DNA of 64,000 nt from a virus (IMGVR_UViG_2029527006_000005); one strand, 5' to 3'. Shown: positions 18,504 through 28,058, counted from the first letter of the stretch. Program-made: numbers and translations. Notes: generated from the letters alone by a model not told the origin.

Positions 18504-18694
18504 GCATCATATTCGTTGGTATCATTGACTTGAATCATTTTACCGTTGAATTCAAATTGTACCTTACAATCGGGGTGAATGTCAAGAAATTCTTTTGCAG
18601 TGCGGAACAGTGTCCAGAAATCGGACGCTGAATAACCAGACAGCGTTATTTCTGGGAAGTGTTGCGATAGTTTAGACATTACAAATCTCCCCAA
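18461..18694 (-). CDS. hypothetical protein (77 aa or shorter)
   Basis: ORF track; overlaps its neighbour. Confidence 0.4.
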   Translation of the reverse strand: MGRFVMSKLSQHFPEITLSGYSASDFWTLFRTAKEFLDIHPDCKVQFEFNGKMIQVNDTNEYDAWDTYTKGRLFQER

Positions 18695-18864
18695 TTGGAA
18701 TGTGAAGTACCTACTTTGATTTCTTTTTCAGTGATGCGTTCGAAATCATTAAATCTGTTAGTGCGTGGGTGTTCATCCAGCATAATATTATATGCTTCTT
18801 CTTTCGAATTAGCAATTACAACTACAGAACCGTACACACCATGATCTAAAGTATAAAATTTCAT
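18679..18864 (-). CDS. hypothetical protein (61 aa)
   Basis: ORF track. Confidence 0.4.
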   Translation of the reverse strand: MKFYTLDHGVYGSVVVIANSKEEAYNIMLDEHPRTNRFNDFERITEKEIKVGTSHSNWGDL

Positions 18865-18872
18865 ATCTATCC

Positions 18873-19229
18873 TTAAAACTTAACTGGATGTGGAACTTCA
18901 CCGACGAAGTAAGTTGTTTTGATTTTATAGAACAAACGATCCTTCTCAGCAGTAAAGGAGAGTACTGGACTATCAAACTTACTAAGTAGTGCTGCTTGAC
19001 TGTAATGGTACTTAAAGTACAGTTTAAGTTGCATCAGAGCTTCTTCCAGTACTTTAAGAATTGCATCTTCAGCCATAAACAGTTCAGCCATTGCAACACG
19101 TTTCATGAATGGTAGTTGTTTTCTGACTTGTTGTGCTAAACGCAGCTTTTTAATTTCTGGAACGATTTCGTTCATCCAACCTTTTGCCACTACGTTGTTC
19201 TCTTGTACTTGCTGAATTGTCAGTGCCAT
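18873..19229 (-). CDS. hypothetical protein (118 aa)
   Basis: ORF track. Confidence 0.5.
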   Translation of the reverse strand: MALTIQQVQENNVVAKGWMNEIVPEIKKLRLAQQVRKQLPFMKRVAMAELFMAEDAILKVLEEALMQLKLYFKYHYSQAALLSKFDSPVLSFTAEKDRLFYKIKTTYFVGEVPHPVKF

Positions 19230-19318
19230 TGTTGATTCCTCTTAAAAATACTCTCACCAGTTGATGAGAGTATAATACTACAGGTCAGGACGCTCGTCAA
19301 GCATTTTCATTCCCCATT

Positions 19319-19597
19319 TTACAAACGGCTAAGAATCTCATTACAAATGTTAACCAAGATATCGGTTGAAACCGATGAATCCATTGGTGAAGCACTTCCA
19401 TCTTTCAAATTAATACCCATAGGTGAAGGTGGAACTAAACGTGTACGTTCCCACGTTCCCTCTCTTAGAGCTTTAGTGATAATACCTTCTACTTCATCAT
19501 AAATTTCTGCGTCAAAGACGGAATGTTCAAGATGAATAATAATTTCTTTAGTACTTTTCTTTGCCTTTCCTAAATCTGTAAAATGAACAAATGACAT
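19319..19597 (-). CDS. hypothetical protein (about 92 aa)
   Basis: track ORF 19319..19654 trimmed to the internal Met (MSFVHFTDLGKAKK...) that follows GGAG. Confidence 0.45.
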   Translation of the reverse strand: MSFVHFTDLGKAKKSTKEIIIHLEHSVFDAEIYDEVEGIITKALREGTWERTRLVPPSPMGINLKDGSASPMDSSVSTDILVNICNEILSRL

Positions 19598-19611
19598 TGT
19601 GTACTCCGTTT

Positions 19612-19758
19612 TATTGTAAGATGTTAGAAACAACCTTCCACGCAATAATAACAACCGCAGTGACTAGTACTGCATAGATTGCACGTTTCGGCATGTCTTT
19701 ACCAATGCTTTCAGGGTCTACTGCTTTCTGTGTATCTGGATCAATCTTGATTGACATT
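19612..19758 (-). CDS. small membrane protein (about 48 aa)
   Basis: MSIKIDPDTQKAVDPESIGKDMPKRAIYAVLVTAVVIIAWKVVSNILQ; below the track cutoff. Confidence 0.3.
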
Positions 19759-19957
19759 ACCAATCCCCTTTTGTCAACTGAATCATGTGCAGTTTCCAGT
19801 ACGTCTTTCCACGTGCACGTAGTTTTGATGTTGCCTTTGCAATATCCTTCAATGAAGGATTTTGAAGATTTTGAACATGATTGTAAACGTTAACGTTTAC
19901 AGTACTGTCATCACCAAGAACATCAGTTTTAGTGAAGATTGTGTGTGAATTACGCAT
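19757..19957 (-). CDS. hypothetical protein (66 aa)
   Basis: ORF track. Confidence 0.4.
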   Translation of the reverse strand: MRNSHTIFTKTDVLGDDSTVNVNVYNHVQNLQNPSLKDIAKATSKLRARGKTYWKLHMIQLTKGDW

Positions 19958-20156
19958 TGTTCACCTTCTTAGATTCTGGTACAGTTTTCAGTACTGAGAT
20001 TCCTAGTTCAAGAATTGGAATCCCATGATCATCGTATGGTACTACGCAGTTCAAGTCGTAATGGTCACCGTAACGAACAATTTCAATTACTGCATCATCC
20101 GGGTAACCATCCAACTGTGCTAACAGTTCACCTTTAGTCATATTAGTGAGCTTCAC
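19950..20156 (-). CDS. hypothetical protein (68 aa)
   Basis: ORF track. Confidence 0.45.
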   Translation of the reverse strand: MKLTNMTKGELLAQLDGYPDDAVIEIVRYGDHYDLNCVVPYDDHGIPILELGISVLKTVPESKKVNNA

Positions 20157-20331
20157 GACTTTCGGGTTCTACTGGTTTCTGTGGCTCATTATGAAGACCA
20201 CGTTTAGGATCGTAGCGGTCGTACACTGGAGTAGTACCACCTGCTTTGATACTTTGTTCTTTACGAACGTCCCATGCTTTTAGTGCTTCTTCGAATGGGG
20301 TAGTAAAAGATTTCAGAATACGTTTAAACAT
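20143..20331 (-). CDS. hypothetical protein (62 aa)
   Basis: ORF track. Confidence 0.4.
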   Translation of the reverse strand: MFKRILKSFTTPFEEALKAWDVRKEQSIKAGGTTPVYDRYDPKRGLHNEPQKPVEPESREAH

Positions 20332-20334
20332 AGT

Positions 20335-20577
20335 TTACTCCTTAAATTCGCTAAGTGCAAGTGTTAATAGCTTTGCAAGTTTTTCAGCTTCTTCTAAGTC
20401 AAGAGTGAAGCCTAATCCTGCTGAATTAAGTTTGAGGTTAATGCGTTCCTCATACTGTGGGTACATTGTAGCACACATACCCTTCCTGTCAAGCACATCA
20501 TCTTCATGAGTGAGCTTTATTTTCACTAAAGTGAAGCGGTCTGTATCTGGACCGGATGCGGTACGTTCTATTTGCAT
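20335..20577 (-). CDS. hypothetical protein (80 aa)
   Basis: ORF track. Confidence 0.45.
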   Translation of the reverse strand: MQIERTASGPDTDRFTLVKIKLTHEDDVLDRKGMCATMYPQYEERINLKLNSAGLGFTLDLEEAEKLAKLLTLALSEFKE

Positions 20578-20996
20578 GGTTTTAATACCGGTTTAGCTGG
20601 ACGATGTTTTAAACCTTCACCGTGGTATGCTTCAATGCCGTACTTGATAGCATCTTCAGTACTCAAGCGGTATACCCACTTGTGCTGAATAATACTGCGT
20701 ATAATGTGATCAAAATCAGCACCGTTAAGGTGATACACAGTTTTAGTGATGGTGTCAATCTCTTCGGCATTGAAGTGATCAGTTAATTTCAAACTCTTAG
20801 TAGCCATACCAGTGAACTCATAACGCTCCGGGTTACGATGTAGTTCTTTAGCCCAAACACGCAGAACACGCTGAGATGAACGGTTCCAGCAGCGACGGGC
20901 GGTATCCAGAGCATCTACCAGAGATTCGGGGTTGCCGGGTTCCATCCAGATAGCTATCATATGTTTTGCACGACGCATTTGAATTTTAGATTTCAT
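20568..20996 (-). CDS. hypothetical protein (142 aa)
   Basis: ORF track; immediately downstream of the consensus promoter at 21026..21062. Confidence 0.5.
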   Translation of the reverse strand: MKSKIQMRRAKHMIAIWMEPGNPESLVDALDTARRCWNRSSQRVLRVWAKELHRNPERYEFTGMATKSLKLTDHFNAEEIDTITKTVYHLNGADFDHIIRSIIQHKWVYRLSTEDAIKYGIEAYHGEGLKHRPAKPVLKPCK

Positions 20997-21025
20997 TTCG
21001 TATTTCCTTAATCAGTTGTCGATGG

Positions 21026-21062
21026 AGTTATTATAGGGGATTTCACATCCCCTGTCAAGACT
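21026..21062 (-). promoter_or_regulatory. consensus sigma70 promoter TTGACA-N17-TATAAT with hairpin spacer
   Basis: minus strand TTGACAGGGGATGTGAAATCCCCTATAAT; tgtcaa at 21053-21058, attata at 21030-21035. Confidence 0.55.
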
Positions 21063-21068
21063 TTATTT

Positions 21069-21221
21069 CTACAATGAGTCACGTAGATCAGAAAGTTTAT
21101 CTTGAAGTTCGATGTTTGTATCTTCATCAAGTTCCTGTGATTCGTTGATGCTCAAGTAAAGAGCATTCAAGATCTCGTCGATTTCTTCTTTAGAAAGATG
21201 TACGTTATTTTGCTTTTGCAT
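21069..21221 (-). CDS. hypothetical acidic small protein (50 aa)
   Basis: MQKQNNVHLSKEEIDEILNALYLSINESQELDEDTNIELQDKLSDLRDSL; below the track cutoff. Confidence 0.3.
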   Translation of the reverse strand: MQKQNNVHLSKEEIDEILNALYLSINESQELDEDTNIELQDKLSDLRDSL

Positions 21222-21556
21222 TACTTATGCCCCTTTATTTTACAGTTAAAGTACTTGTAGTTTGTCATTACATGAAACTCTTCAGGTACTTTAGTCATGT
21301 GATTCAACGGTATGTTCTTATGTGTCTTTTGACGGATAATCTTATAAATTGTCAAAGGAGCAACATTGTACATTTCAGCAAGTTCATTCTTATCACGGCG
21401 ATCAAAATGATGCAAGAGCTTAATCATGATAATGTCATGTGGCGTAAACTTAGAACGATGGTGAGTAGGCTCTACGTACACACTAGGAGTACTGGACATA
21501 TTCACAGCCGTTGCAAGTGCAGCACCCTTCAGATTGATCATGGTTTTAGTTTGCAT
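21221..21556 (-). CDS. putative HTH DNA-binding protein (111 aa)
   Basis: NELAEMYNVAPLTIYKIIRQKT resembles a helix-turn-helix. Confidence 0.4.
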   Translation of the reverse strand: MQTKTMINLKGAALATAVNMSSTPSVYVEPTHHRSKFTPHDIIMIKLLHHFDRRDKNELAEMYNVAPLTIYKIIRQKTHKNIPLNHMTKVPEEFHVMTNYKYFNCKIKGHK

Positions 21557-21753
21557 TAATAAGCCTTTTTGATCGTAACGATTTCGATTTTCAAGTCTTC
21601 ACGGTAATTGCGATCATCACCGAAGATTTGCCCTAAACGTACTGCTGCGTTCAGTTCAGAAGATGCGGGAATCTGATAGTTACGCTTAACCCCGTTTTTC
21701 AGAAACTCGATCAGATACAGTGCAGTAGTCTCTTTTTCAGCTTTCATGCTCAT
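21556..21753 (-). CDS. hypothetical protein (65 aa)
   Basis: ORF track; ATGA overlap with its neighbour. Confidence 0.45.
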   Translation of the reverse strand: MSMKAEKETTALYLIEFLKNGVKRNYQIPASSELNAAVRLGQIFGDDRNYREDLKIEIVTIKKAY

Positions 21754-21953
21754 TTTTTAGTTACCTCGTAACCAAGATTAATTAAGTACTCAATCGCTAA
21801 ATCCTTGATGATATCAGGATTAGTGATGTTCCACTGTTCATGTGATTTTTCAATTTCTGAAATTTTCACACGGAACCCGACGATACGGGTTTCTTCATCA
21901 CAACGGGAAGACCCGCCCGGATGGTTAATTACGCTTTCGGATTTCATGAGCAT
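21750..21953 (-). CDS. hypothetical protein (67 aa)
   Basis: ORF track. Confidence 0.45.
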   Translation of the reverse strand: MLMKSESVINHPGGSSRCDEETRIVGFRVKISEIEKSHEQWNITNPDIIKDLAIEYLINLGYEVTKK

Positions 21954-22201
21954 TGTACCTCGTAAACATGATAATGTCCAGAATCGCCATCTTCAAAATC
22001 AACTTCACCGATGCGAATGCTGTCACTTGTGTTGCAATTCCAACAACCTTCAGAAATGTATGGATGTTCAGACCAACCCTCTACTACCCCGTACATGTTT
22101 ATTGTAACATACCACACACCACGAGGTACAGGAATTTTTACATTATTAATTACAACAAAATATGGCGATACATCGGTACGGTAGATCATGATTTTCTCCA
22201 A
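21944..22201 (-). CDS. hypothetical protein (85 aa)
   Basis: ORF track. Confidence 0.45.
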   Translation of the reverse strand: MEKIMIYRTDVSPYFVVINNVKIPVPRGVWYVTINMYGVVEGWSEHPYISEGCWNCNTSDSIRIGEVDFEDGDSGHYHVYEVQCS

Positions 22202-22407
22202 TTCTTAATGCAATCAAATACGCCCATGAGGAAGATAACAGGCCAGACCAATGACCACAACACCCAAGAACGGAACAACTTATAAGTACTATAATGGAAG
22301 TACTCTTTAGGGTAGTTTGAAATTTCAACACCCTTCTTGGCTTGACCATACCAGTACCAATCGTTCAGTACACTAATGATCATACCAATGATATATGAAA
22401 TTAACAT
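22186..22407 (-). CDS. small two-TM membrane protein (73 aa)
   Basis: MLISYIIGMIISVLNDWYWY ... SWVLWSLVWPVIFLMGVF. Confidence 0.45.
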   Translation of the reverse strand: MLISYIIGMIISVLNDWYWYGQAKKGVEISNYPKEYFHYSTYKLFRSWVLWSLVWPVIFLMGVFDCIKNWRKS

Positions 22408-22763
22408 TCTTCTTCCTCATCATCTTTCTTTGGACGTTTGATTTCTTTCCCAAGTTTGTATGATACATGGCAAACTTTGAAAAGTCCAGATTTAATTGCT
22501 TCTTTATGCTGGAATGCAGTACTGCTTTCCAAATGCACAGACAGTAGGCATTTGTTAATAGTACATACCACACCGAGCGTACATGAATCCCAACAATCAT
22601 CTTCACTCTTAAGTACTGATATAATGTCAACATCCACTTCAAACACACCAAAGACGTTGCAATCAGTGATGAACATCATGCGATCCATTGCTGCTGACTC
22701 AGTGCAATAGAATGCCAGAGGCATACGGTTTGGTTTGTACACTACTGCGAACTGTTTCATCAT
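22401..22763 (-). CDS. hypothetical Cys-rich protein (120 aa)
   Basis: ORF track. Confidence 0.5.
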   Translation of the reverse strand: MMKQFAVVYKPNRMPLAFYCTESAAMDRMMFITDCNVFGVFEVDVDIISVLKSEDDCWDSCTLGVVCTINKCLLSVHLESSTAFQHKEAIKSGLFKVCHVSYKLGKEIKRPKKDDEEEEC

Positions 22764-22856
22764 TTACCCTTCTTAAAATCAACGAATACTACGTTGCTGT
22801 TTTTATTAATCATCGCCTTTAAGCGAGCCTTAACTTCTGGTGGTAGTACTTTACCA

Positions 22857-23351
22857 TTATTTGGACGTGGATTCAAGTTCTAATCTCCCAAAATAAGTAT
22901 TACGGATTTTTAGTAGCATTTCAGCTTCCTGTGCTCCAAACATGCCTAAGCTGTTAAGTAGTGAGTACTGGAAGATTGCTGGTTCAAGGTCAGTATACGG
23001 TATCTCTGGGAGATATGCAACCTGTTTTTTCGTGTCAGTAAATCTACTTATTGGATCAGTTGGGAACTCACCATCTATACGCCAACGTTCGAATATGAAA
23101 ACGTCTTCGTATAGTACAAACTCATAACGTTCACAATGGAAATGGAAGTCCATTTTTATTTCTAAGAACGGCAACGTATGGTAAGTATTGAAACGCAGGG
23201 TCATACCATTACTACCACCACGATTACCAGCATGACCAGACATACGATCACGGTCATATGTGAATAGTCTACTTACCGTGTTCGGATGGTTCACTGCTCT
23301 TAAATATTTCAAGACTGTATTCATGATTTCTCCAAATGAAAAAGCCCCCAA
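22857..23351 (-). CDS. hypothetical protein (164 aa)
   Basis: ORF track. Confidence 0.5.
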   Translation of the reverse strand: MGAFSFGEIMNTVLKYLRAVNHPNTVSRLFTYDRDRMSGHAGNRGGSNGMTLRFNTYHTLPFLEIKMDFHFHCERYEFVLYEDVFIFERWRIDGEFPTDPISRFTDTKKQVAYLPEIPYTDLEPAIFQYSLLNSLGMFGAQEAEMLLKIRNTYFGRLELESTSK

Positions 23352-23387
23352 TTAAGGAGGCCATTATATCAAGTCTTATTGTACATG

Positions 23388-23780
23388 TCAATCAAAACGC
23401 ATAGACAATTCATCACGTCCAGAATCGATGATTCGAACTTCTTCTAGTGTTTCAAAGTAACCCATCCAGAACGCATAGATTTCATGCAATTCAGTACTGT
23501 CCTTTGAGGTTCGAACATTCAATGCAAACTCAAAACTATCACTGAATCTGGATTTAACACACCAAGGCTTGGATTGAATATCTAGTTTAATCAAATCTCG
23601 TTTTACTTTATCACGTTCAGAACTGTACTGCTCGTTTAGTTTCTTGTGCTGTGCAATAAATTGCAATGCTTCTTTGGCACTTTCAAGATCTGCAAACTCT
23701 ACATCATCAATTATGGTTGTTTCGTTATATGTACCAAAAGTGTTGCCAGTACGGTAATCTACTTCTAATTTGTAACTCAT
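23388..23780 (-). CDS. hypothetical protein (130 aa)
   Basis: ORF track. Confidence 0.5.
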   Translation of the reverse strand: MSYKLEVDYRTGNTFGTYNETTIIDDVEFADLESAKEALQFIAQHKKLNEQYSSERDKVKRDLIKLDIQSKPWCVKSRFSDSFEFALNVRTSKDSTELHEIYAFWMGYFETLEEVRIIDSGRDELSMRFD

Positions 23781-24235
23781 TTATCGCTCTCCACTATGTA
23801 AGCAATTTCATTATATTTGTCTACTACTCGCATGAACCAATGTTCACCGTCTGGTACTGCACTCAAATCATGTTCAGTACTCGCTTGGAAGAATGATGCT
23901 TCATCCTTAATATCCAAAGTGTTGAATACAGCAAAGATAGGAACAATATCATAATTTTCATCAGTAGTGAAAAATTCAATACAATTACGTGCAACACGAA
24001 TTGATGTATCAATCGTTCCACTAGCCAATTCAATCCAAACATCATCTTTCTCAAAATTCATATGAGCACTAAAGATATGTTCAACACCATCGGCTTTAAG
24101 TACAAACTGTTCATATGGTTCCCATTCGTCAAGGTTTCCAATATCAAATAAGTACTCTTTACATCTAACAATGTTCAATAACGTTTGTAGTGCTTCATCG
24201 TAAAAACACAACTCATCTGTGTAATTTGATTTCAT
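23777..24235 (-). CDS. EEE-FFQ-ST family protein
   Basis: C-terminal DIKDEASFFQASTEHDLSAV; trimmed to an internal Met to avoid a 160-nt overlap. Confidence 0.5.
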   Translation of the reverse strand: MKSNYTDELCFYDEALQTLLNIVRCKEYLFDIGNLDEWEPYEQFVLKADGVEHIFSAHMNFEKDDVWIELASGTIDTSIRVARNCIEFFTTDENYDIVPIFAVFNTLDIKDEASFFQASTEHDLSAVPDGEHWFMRVVDKYNEIAYIVESDK

Positions 24236-24809
24236 CTGCATTCCAAGTATATTGCGTAGCTCCCACAGTTGACGGACCTGTTGGATTCGAGGGATCGAAC
24301 CTAGATTTAAGTACGGACGTAGTAATGACATTTGATTTTCCTGATGGTTTAACCATTTGAGATAATGAATCAAGAAGATCCTGATCTATTTGTTGCATCA
24401 TTTGATATGTCATACGTTGCGTCATTTGGTTGTACATTTGATCCATACGTTCTTGACTACGACGAAAAAGGGAAATACCCAATGAAGTTAGTTTATCTAT
24501 GTGTCTTGAAATAAATGCAAAATCATCAAGTGTTACATCTCCAAAATCATAAAGTGTTGTGTATTGAAAGAATTCTTCTTCATTAAATGCACGGTAAAAC
24601 ATTGGTTCTGAAATAGTCTTGTCTTCATATTCATAGTACATATTCTTGTGGTTAATCCACAAATTATTACCGATATGGATTTGAATCATCGAACCATCAA
24701 ACTTGGTGAATTCATTATATACATTACTGTAAAATAAATCACTATGTTTATCACTCGATAAATCTCCCATAAGTAATACTATTTTATCTAAAACATTATT
24801 TCTATTCAT
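24213..24809 (-). CDS. EEE-FFQ-ST family protein
   Basis: C-terminal FNEEEFFQYTTLYDFGDVTLDDF. Confidence 0.5.
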   Translation of the reverse strand: MNRNNVLDKIVLLMGDLSSDKHSDLFYSNVYNEFTKFDGSMIQIHIGNNLWINHKNMYYEYEDKTISEPMFYRAFNEEEFFQYTTLYDFGDVTLDDFAFISRHIDKLTSLGISLFRRSQERMDQMYNQMTQRMTYQMMQQIDQDLLDSLSQMVKPSGKSNVITTSVLKSRFDPSNPTGPSTVGATQYTWNADEIKLHR

Positions 24810-25218
24810 AGTACAAACTCCAAATTTTATTAAACACTTCAATGTCTTCCATCGTAAGGTCGAAAGTTTCTTGTACTGTGCTTAACATGAATAAATCTTC
24901 TTCGCCGCTAATAGTGTCTAAATCAAAAATAGACCAAATCTCACCCACTCGTACACCACCATCAGGATTATAAAATATACTTACTTCTCTATTAGACCTA
25001 ATGTTCGTACAGACATACCCGCTCACTTTCCCTTCTTGATATTCTTCAAATCGAGATATTATTTCTGTACTGAAATCAGTACACATACAATCGTGAGTGC
25101 GTGTAATATCTATAATTGGAACAAACTCTTCAAATTGAACATCAAGCAATTGATCAGAAACAATAGGATCAAGTAATCTCTTACACTCCCGGATATGATG
25201 CAAGATATTTTTCCGCAC
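24802..25218 (-). CDS. EEE-FFQ-ST family protein
   Basis: C-terminal SGEEDLFMLSTVQETFDLTMEDIEVF. Confidence 0.5.
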   Translation of the reverse strand: MRKNILHHIRECKRLLDPIVSDQLLDVQFEEFVPIIDITRTHDCMCTDFSTEIISRFEEYQEGKVSGYVCTNIRSNREVSIFYNPDGGVRVGEIWSIFDLDTISGEEDLFMLSTVQETFDLTMEDIEVFNKIWSLYYE

Positions 25219-25666
25219 GTATTTTGGCCTCTTCTAGTACTTCCATAACAAATGCATAAATTGCTGCATGTAATTCACATGTAAGGAAACGATGGTCGTT
25301 AATTAATGAATCCTGAAAGAATTCACCACCATCTATAATAGCAGGAATATAATAAGGATCATCACTCTCATCTATTTCATTGTCGGTCCATTGTGTTGCG
25401 AACTGAATTTCAATTACATCTGGTTGGTCACTCTCATAGAACCACAATAGAAGTACGTTTTTATATTCTATTTCAACATAAAATGTGCTTCTTTCTGGAT
25501 GATATTTTGCGTAAATCTGATTTGCCTTTCTAGGGCGAATAGTTGTATACGCATCATCATAGGGGTTTTCAATGCAGTAAATATATGCTTTTACGAGAGA
25601 GTCGATTACTTCTTCTCGTTTAGCGAGGAATTGTTTGAATTGATTTATAGGTAAAACGTTTGACAT
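25181..25666 (-). CDS. EEE-FFQ-ST family protein
   Basis: C-terminal IIDGGEFFQDSLINDHRFLTCELH; close paralog of 35817..36221. Confidence 0.55.
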   Translation of the reverse strand: MSNVLPINQFKQFLAKREEVIDSLVKAYIYCIENPYDDAYTTIRPRKANQIYAKYHPERSTFYVEIEYKNVLLLWFYESDQPDVIEIQFATQWTDNEIDESDDPYYIPAIIDGGEFFQDSLINDHRFLTCELHAAIYAFVMEVLEEAKIRAEKYLASYPGV

Positions 25667-25667
25667 T

Positions 25668-26186
25668 TTATTTCCTCAAAAAATATCCGCGTGGCATTTT
25701 AGTTACACCTAGCTTATTACAACGCTTATGTATTGCAACATCGGAAACTCCAAATATTTCAGCAATTTTGGTTACCGGATAGTTATAAACCAACATTTGT
25801 AATTCATCTGCACTTACTTCAAATTTTTTACGCGATGGATCATTAATATAACAATCAACTGAACAATATGTTCGCATATCAGAAGTCCAAAAAGAGAATA
25901 TTTTTTTGCAAATCTTACATTCTAATTCAGTAACAGAACCATTACTATGTAAGGCGGTATGTTCACTTTCTGTTAATATCTGTAAATTTGAAGGATCATT
26001 GTTTAACTTATTTTCATCAATGTGGTGTACGTGAAGGTTAGTAGTTAATTTTATTCCATAATGCTGTTGAGCAACATATCTATGTACGTAGACCTTACCA
26101 GAAGCATTTGCCATTTCGTGGGTTGGGTCATATACATAGTAATATCCAACACCCGTATCGATTCGTGCTTTTGATAGATCTAACAT
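25668..26186 (-). CDS. HNH homing endonuclease with C-terminal HTH module
   Basis: VHHIDENKLNNDPSNLQILTESEHTALH; C-terminal DELQMLVYNYPVTKIAEIFGVSDVAIHKRCNKLGVTKMPRGYF. Confidence 0.8.
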   Translation of the reverse strand: MLDLSKARIDTGVGYYYVYDPTHEMANASGKVYVHRYVAQQHYGIKLTTNLHVHHIDENKLNNDPSNLQILTESEHTALHSNGSVTELECKICKKIFSFWTSDMRTYCSVDCYINDPSRKKFEVSADELQMLVYNYPVTKIAEIFGVSDVAIHKRCNKLGVTKMPRGYFLRK

Positions 26187-26200
26187 ATATTTTCCTTAAT

Positions 26201-26282
26201 TGGTCCGGGCGGCAAGATTCGAACTCGCATACTCCAATTACTCGATTAACGACGGGTTAGAAGCCCGTTGAGATACGCCCGG
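26201..26282 (-). ncRNA. tRNA-like gene (aberrant; possibly Arg-UCU derived)
   Basis: acceptor CCGGGCG/CGCCCGG, T-arm GCGAG-TTCGAAT-CTTGC, CCA, hairpin ACGGG-CTTCTAA-CCCGT, but no recognisable D-arm; its 5' end coincides with the predicted TSS of promoter copy 5. Confidence 0.4.
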
Positions 26283-26286
26283 TTTA

Positions 26287-26323
26287 TTTTATTATATCAC
26301 ATTAACTGATTTTTGTCCCAAGA
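26287..26323 (-). promoter_or_regulatory. conserved sigma70-like promoter (copy 5)
   Basis: attatatcaca (26291-26301) ... tgtcccaag (26314-26322); 17-nt spacer. Confidence 0.6.
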
Positions 26324-26342
26324 AAAATGCCGCATTGCGGCA

Positions 26343-26678
26343 TTATTTGTTTAGTACATGATAAACGGTTTCAATAGCTAAAATATACTGTTTCTCTTCT
26401 TCAGTGAATTTTCTGATATCAGTATAAACGTCATCATTCTTATGGTAATCAGTAAATGAATACTTTTCCCATACCTGACGATACCAGTTAATTTCAGCAT
26501 CTTTAGGAAGTGTTGGATCGTTCTCACGGAAACGTCCTTCCAATAAAGATTTAAGTACTTTAATGATATCATCGACCTTCATATGAGGTAATGCTTCTTT
26601 AACTAATGTTTCAGGATGAATGTCAATTTTTACTTCTTTGACTTCAGTTACTGTTCCTGTGATTTTCACTTTGCTCAT
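26343..26678 (-). CDS. hypothetical protein (111 aa)
   Basis: ORF track. Confidence 0.5.
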   Translation of the reverse strand: MSKVKITGTVTEVKEVKIDIHPETLVKEALPHMKVDDIIKVLKSLLEGRFRENDPTLPKDAEINWYRQVWEKYSFTDYHKNDDVYTDIRKFTEEEKQYILAIETVYHVLNK

Positions 26679-26889
26679 TTACAACTACCTCACATTCGGT
26701 AATAGTTAAATATGGTCTATCTTCCTGCCAATTTGCACCGTACTGAAATTCCATCTGGTCTACAGTATCGGCACGATGGCGAAACATAGTTTCATAGATA
26801 ATTGTTTTATCTAGGGTGTTGTACCCGGTATAAAAAGTATTATTCTTTGGCATGTTGTACAAACTCTCCTTGTTTTGTAGGATCTTCAT
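26644..26889 (-). CDS. hypothetical protein (81 aa or shorter)
   Basis: ORF track. Confidence 0.4.
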   Translation of the reverse strand: MKILQNKESLYNMPKNNTFYTGYNTLDKTIIYETMFRHRADTVDQMEFQYGANWQEDRPYLTITECEVVVNEQSENHRNSN

Positions 26890-27211
26890 GATTTACGTAG
26901 CACTCGTAATTCATGCCATGATCTGCCTTGATTTTATATAGAACGTCAAAGCGTCTGATATCACGTACAGTCACTTTAATCACTTCACCGTATCCGGTAA
27001 ACACAGAATCGTTTACAACGCTCTCACTGCGGAAATAGACCCTATCTCCGACCTGTGGGTAAGTACTTTCAAAAGCAGCCGTTGCCTTGGCTTCTCTGGC
27101 GGCACTCTCACGCTTGTATTCAGTCATGGATTTGGTTTGAAATTTAAGATACAGTTTATATGCAATATCATTATTACGTGCATGTACGTGTGCGTCGAAT
27201 AGTTCCATCAT
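26840..27211 (-). CDS. hypothetical protein (123 aa)
   Basis: ORF track. Confidence 0.5.
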   Translation of the reverse strand: MMELFDAHVHARNNDIAYKLYLKFQTKSMTEYKRESAAREAKATAAFESTYPQVGDRVYFRSESVVNDSVFTGYGEVIKVTVRDIRRFDVLYKIKADHGMNYECYVNHEDPTKQGEFVQHAKE

Positions 27212-27597
27212 TTCACCTCTTCAATAAGCTGGAAGAAATGTTCAGTACCTTGTCCATTAACCCACAAATAACGTAAGTTAAATTCAGGTAGGTCTAAGTA
27301 CTCTGCACCTGCTTCCCAATAGAAAGTTGGGTCGTAACCAATGTTCTCACGTTCAGCAAAGTAATGGAAGAACATCTTAGATGGTGGTTGGATATCACCA
27401 TCGTAGATATGAATATATGGACAACGAAGTTGAGTTAACAAATCAACAACATATTGTGCTTCAATCTCGTAAGTTTTATTTTGAAGGTACTCTTCATACT
27501 CTTCAGGATAGAAACCATACAGACCTTTATATATATCACGAGGGTCCATAGCATCAATTGCAGCTAATGCTTTTGTCAGCCATTCAGTCTGATTCAT
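27208..27597 (-). CDS. hypothetical protein (129 aa)
   Basis: ORF track. Confidence 0.5.
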   Translation of the reverse strand: MNQTEWLTKALAAIDAMDPRDIYKGLYGFYPEEYEEYLQNKTYEIEAQYVVDLLTQLRCPYIHIYDGDIQPPSKMFFHYFAERENIGYDPTFYWEAGAEYLDLPEFNLRYLWVNGQGTEHFFQLIEEVK

Positions 27598-28058
27598 TAA
27601 TCAACTCCACATGGTGTAATGTTTACGTACTGGAAGAATCTGTTCTGAAGTTTCTGTACTTCTTCAATATCTTCCAAAGTAAGACCTTTAAAATCATGAA
27701 CCGTACTTTCTTGAAAATACTGTTCTTCGGTCATATTATATTTGAATCCGAGATTCATGTTACCTTCCCACGGATTCTTACCAATGCCATCATACCAGTA
27801 CTTAATATGAAAACCGGGCTTCCACGGTGTCATACACAATTGGTATTCCACCAGCAAATCGGAATCGCGTACTTTAATCTGAGCAAAACGTTCACCAACA
27901 TATACTTCAATACATGAATCATATCCCTGTCCTTTTGGGTTAGGAACACTATCAGTGTAGTATACATCATTATAACCTTTTGTTTCTAGTTCAGGTTTGG
28001 AATTCAAGTACTCGTGAGCTTTCGCTACTACTTCCATAAGTGTTAGTACTTTACTCAT
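27597..28058 (-). CDS. EEE-FFQ-ST family protein
   Basis: C-terminal MTEEQYFQESTVHDFKGLTLEDIEEV. Confidence 0.6.
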   Translation of the reverse strand: MSKVLTLMEVVAKAHEYLNSKPELETKGYNDVYYTDSVPNPKGQGYDSCIEVYVGERFAQIKVRDSDLLVEYQLCMTPWKPGFHIKYWYDGIGKNPWEGNMNLGFKYNMTEEQYFQESTVHDFKGLTLEDIEEVQKLQNRFFQYVNITPCGVD

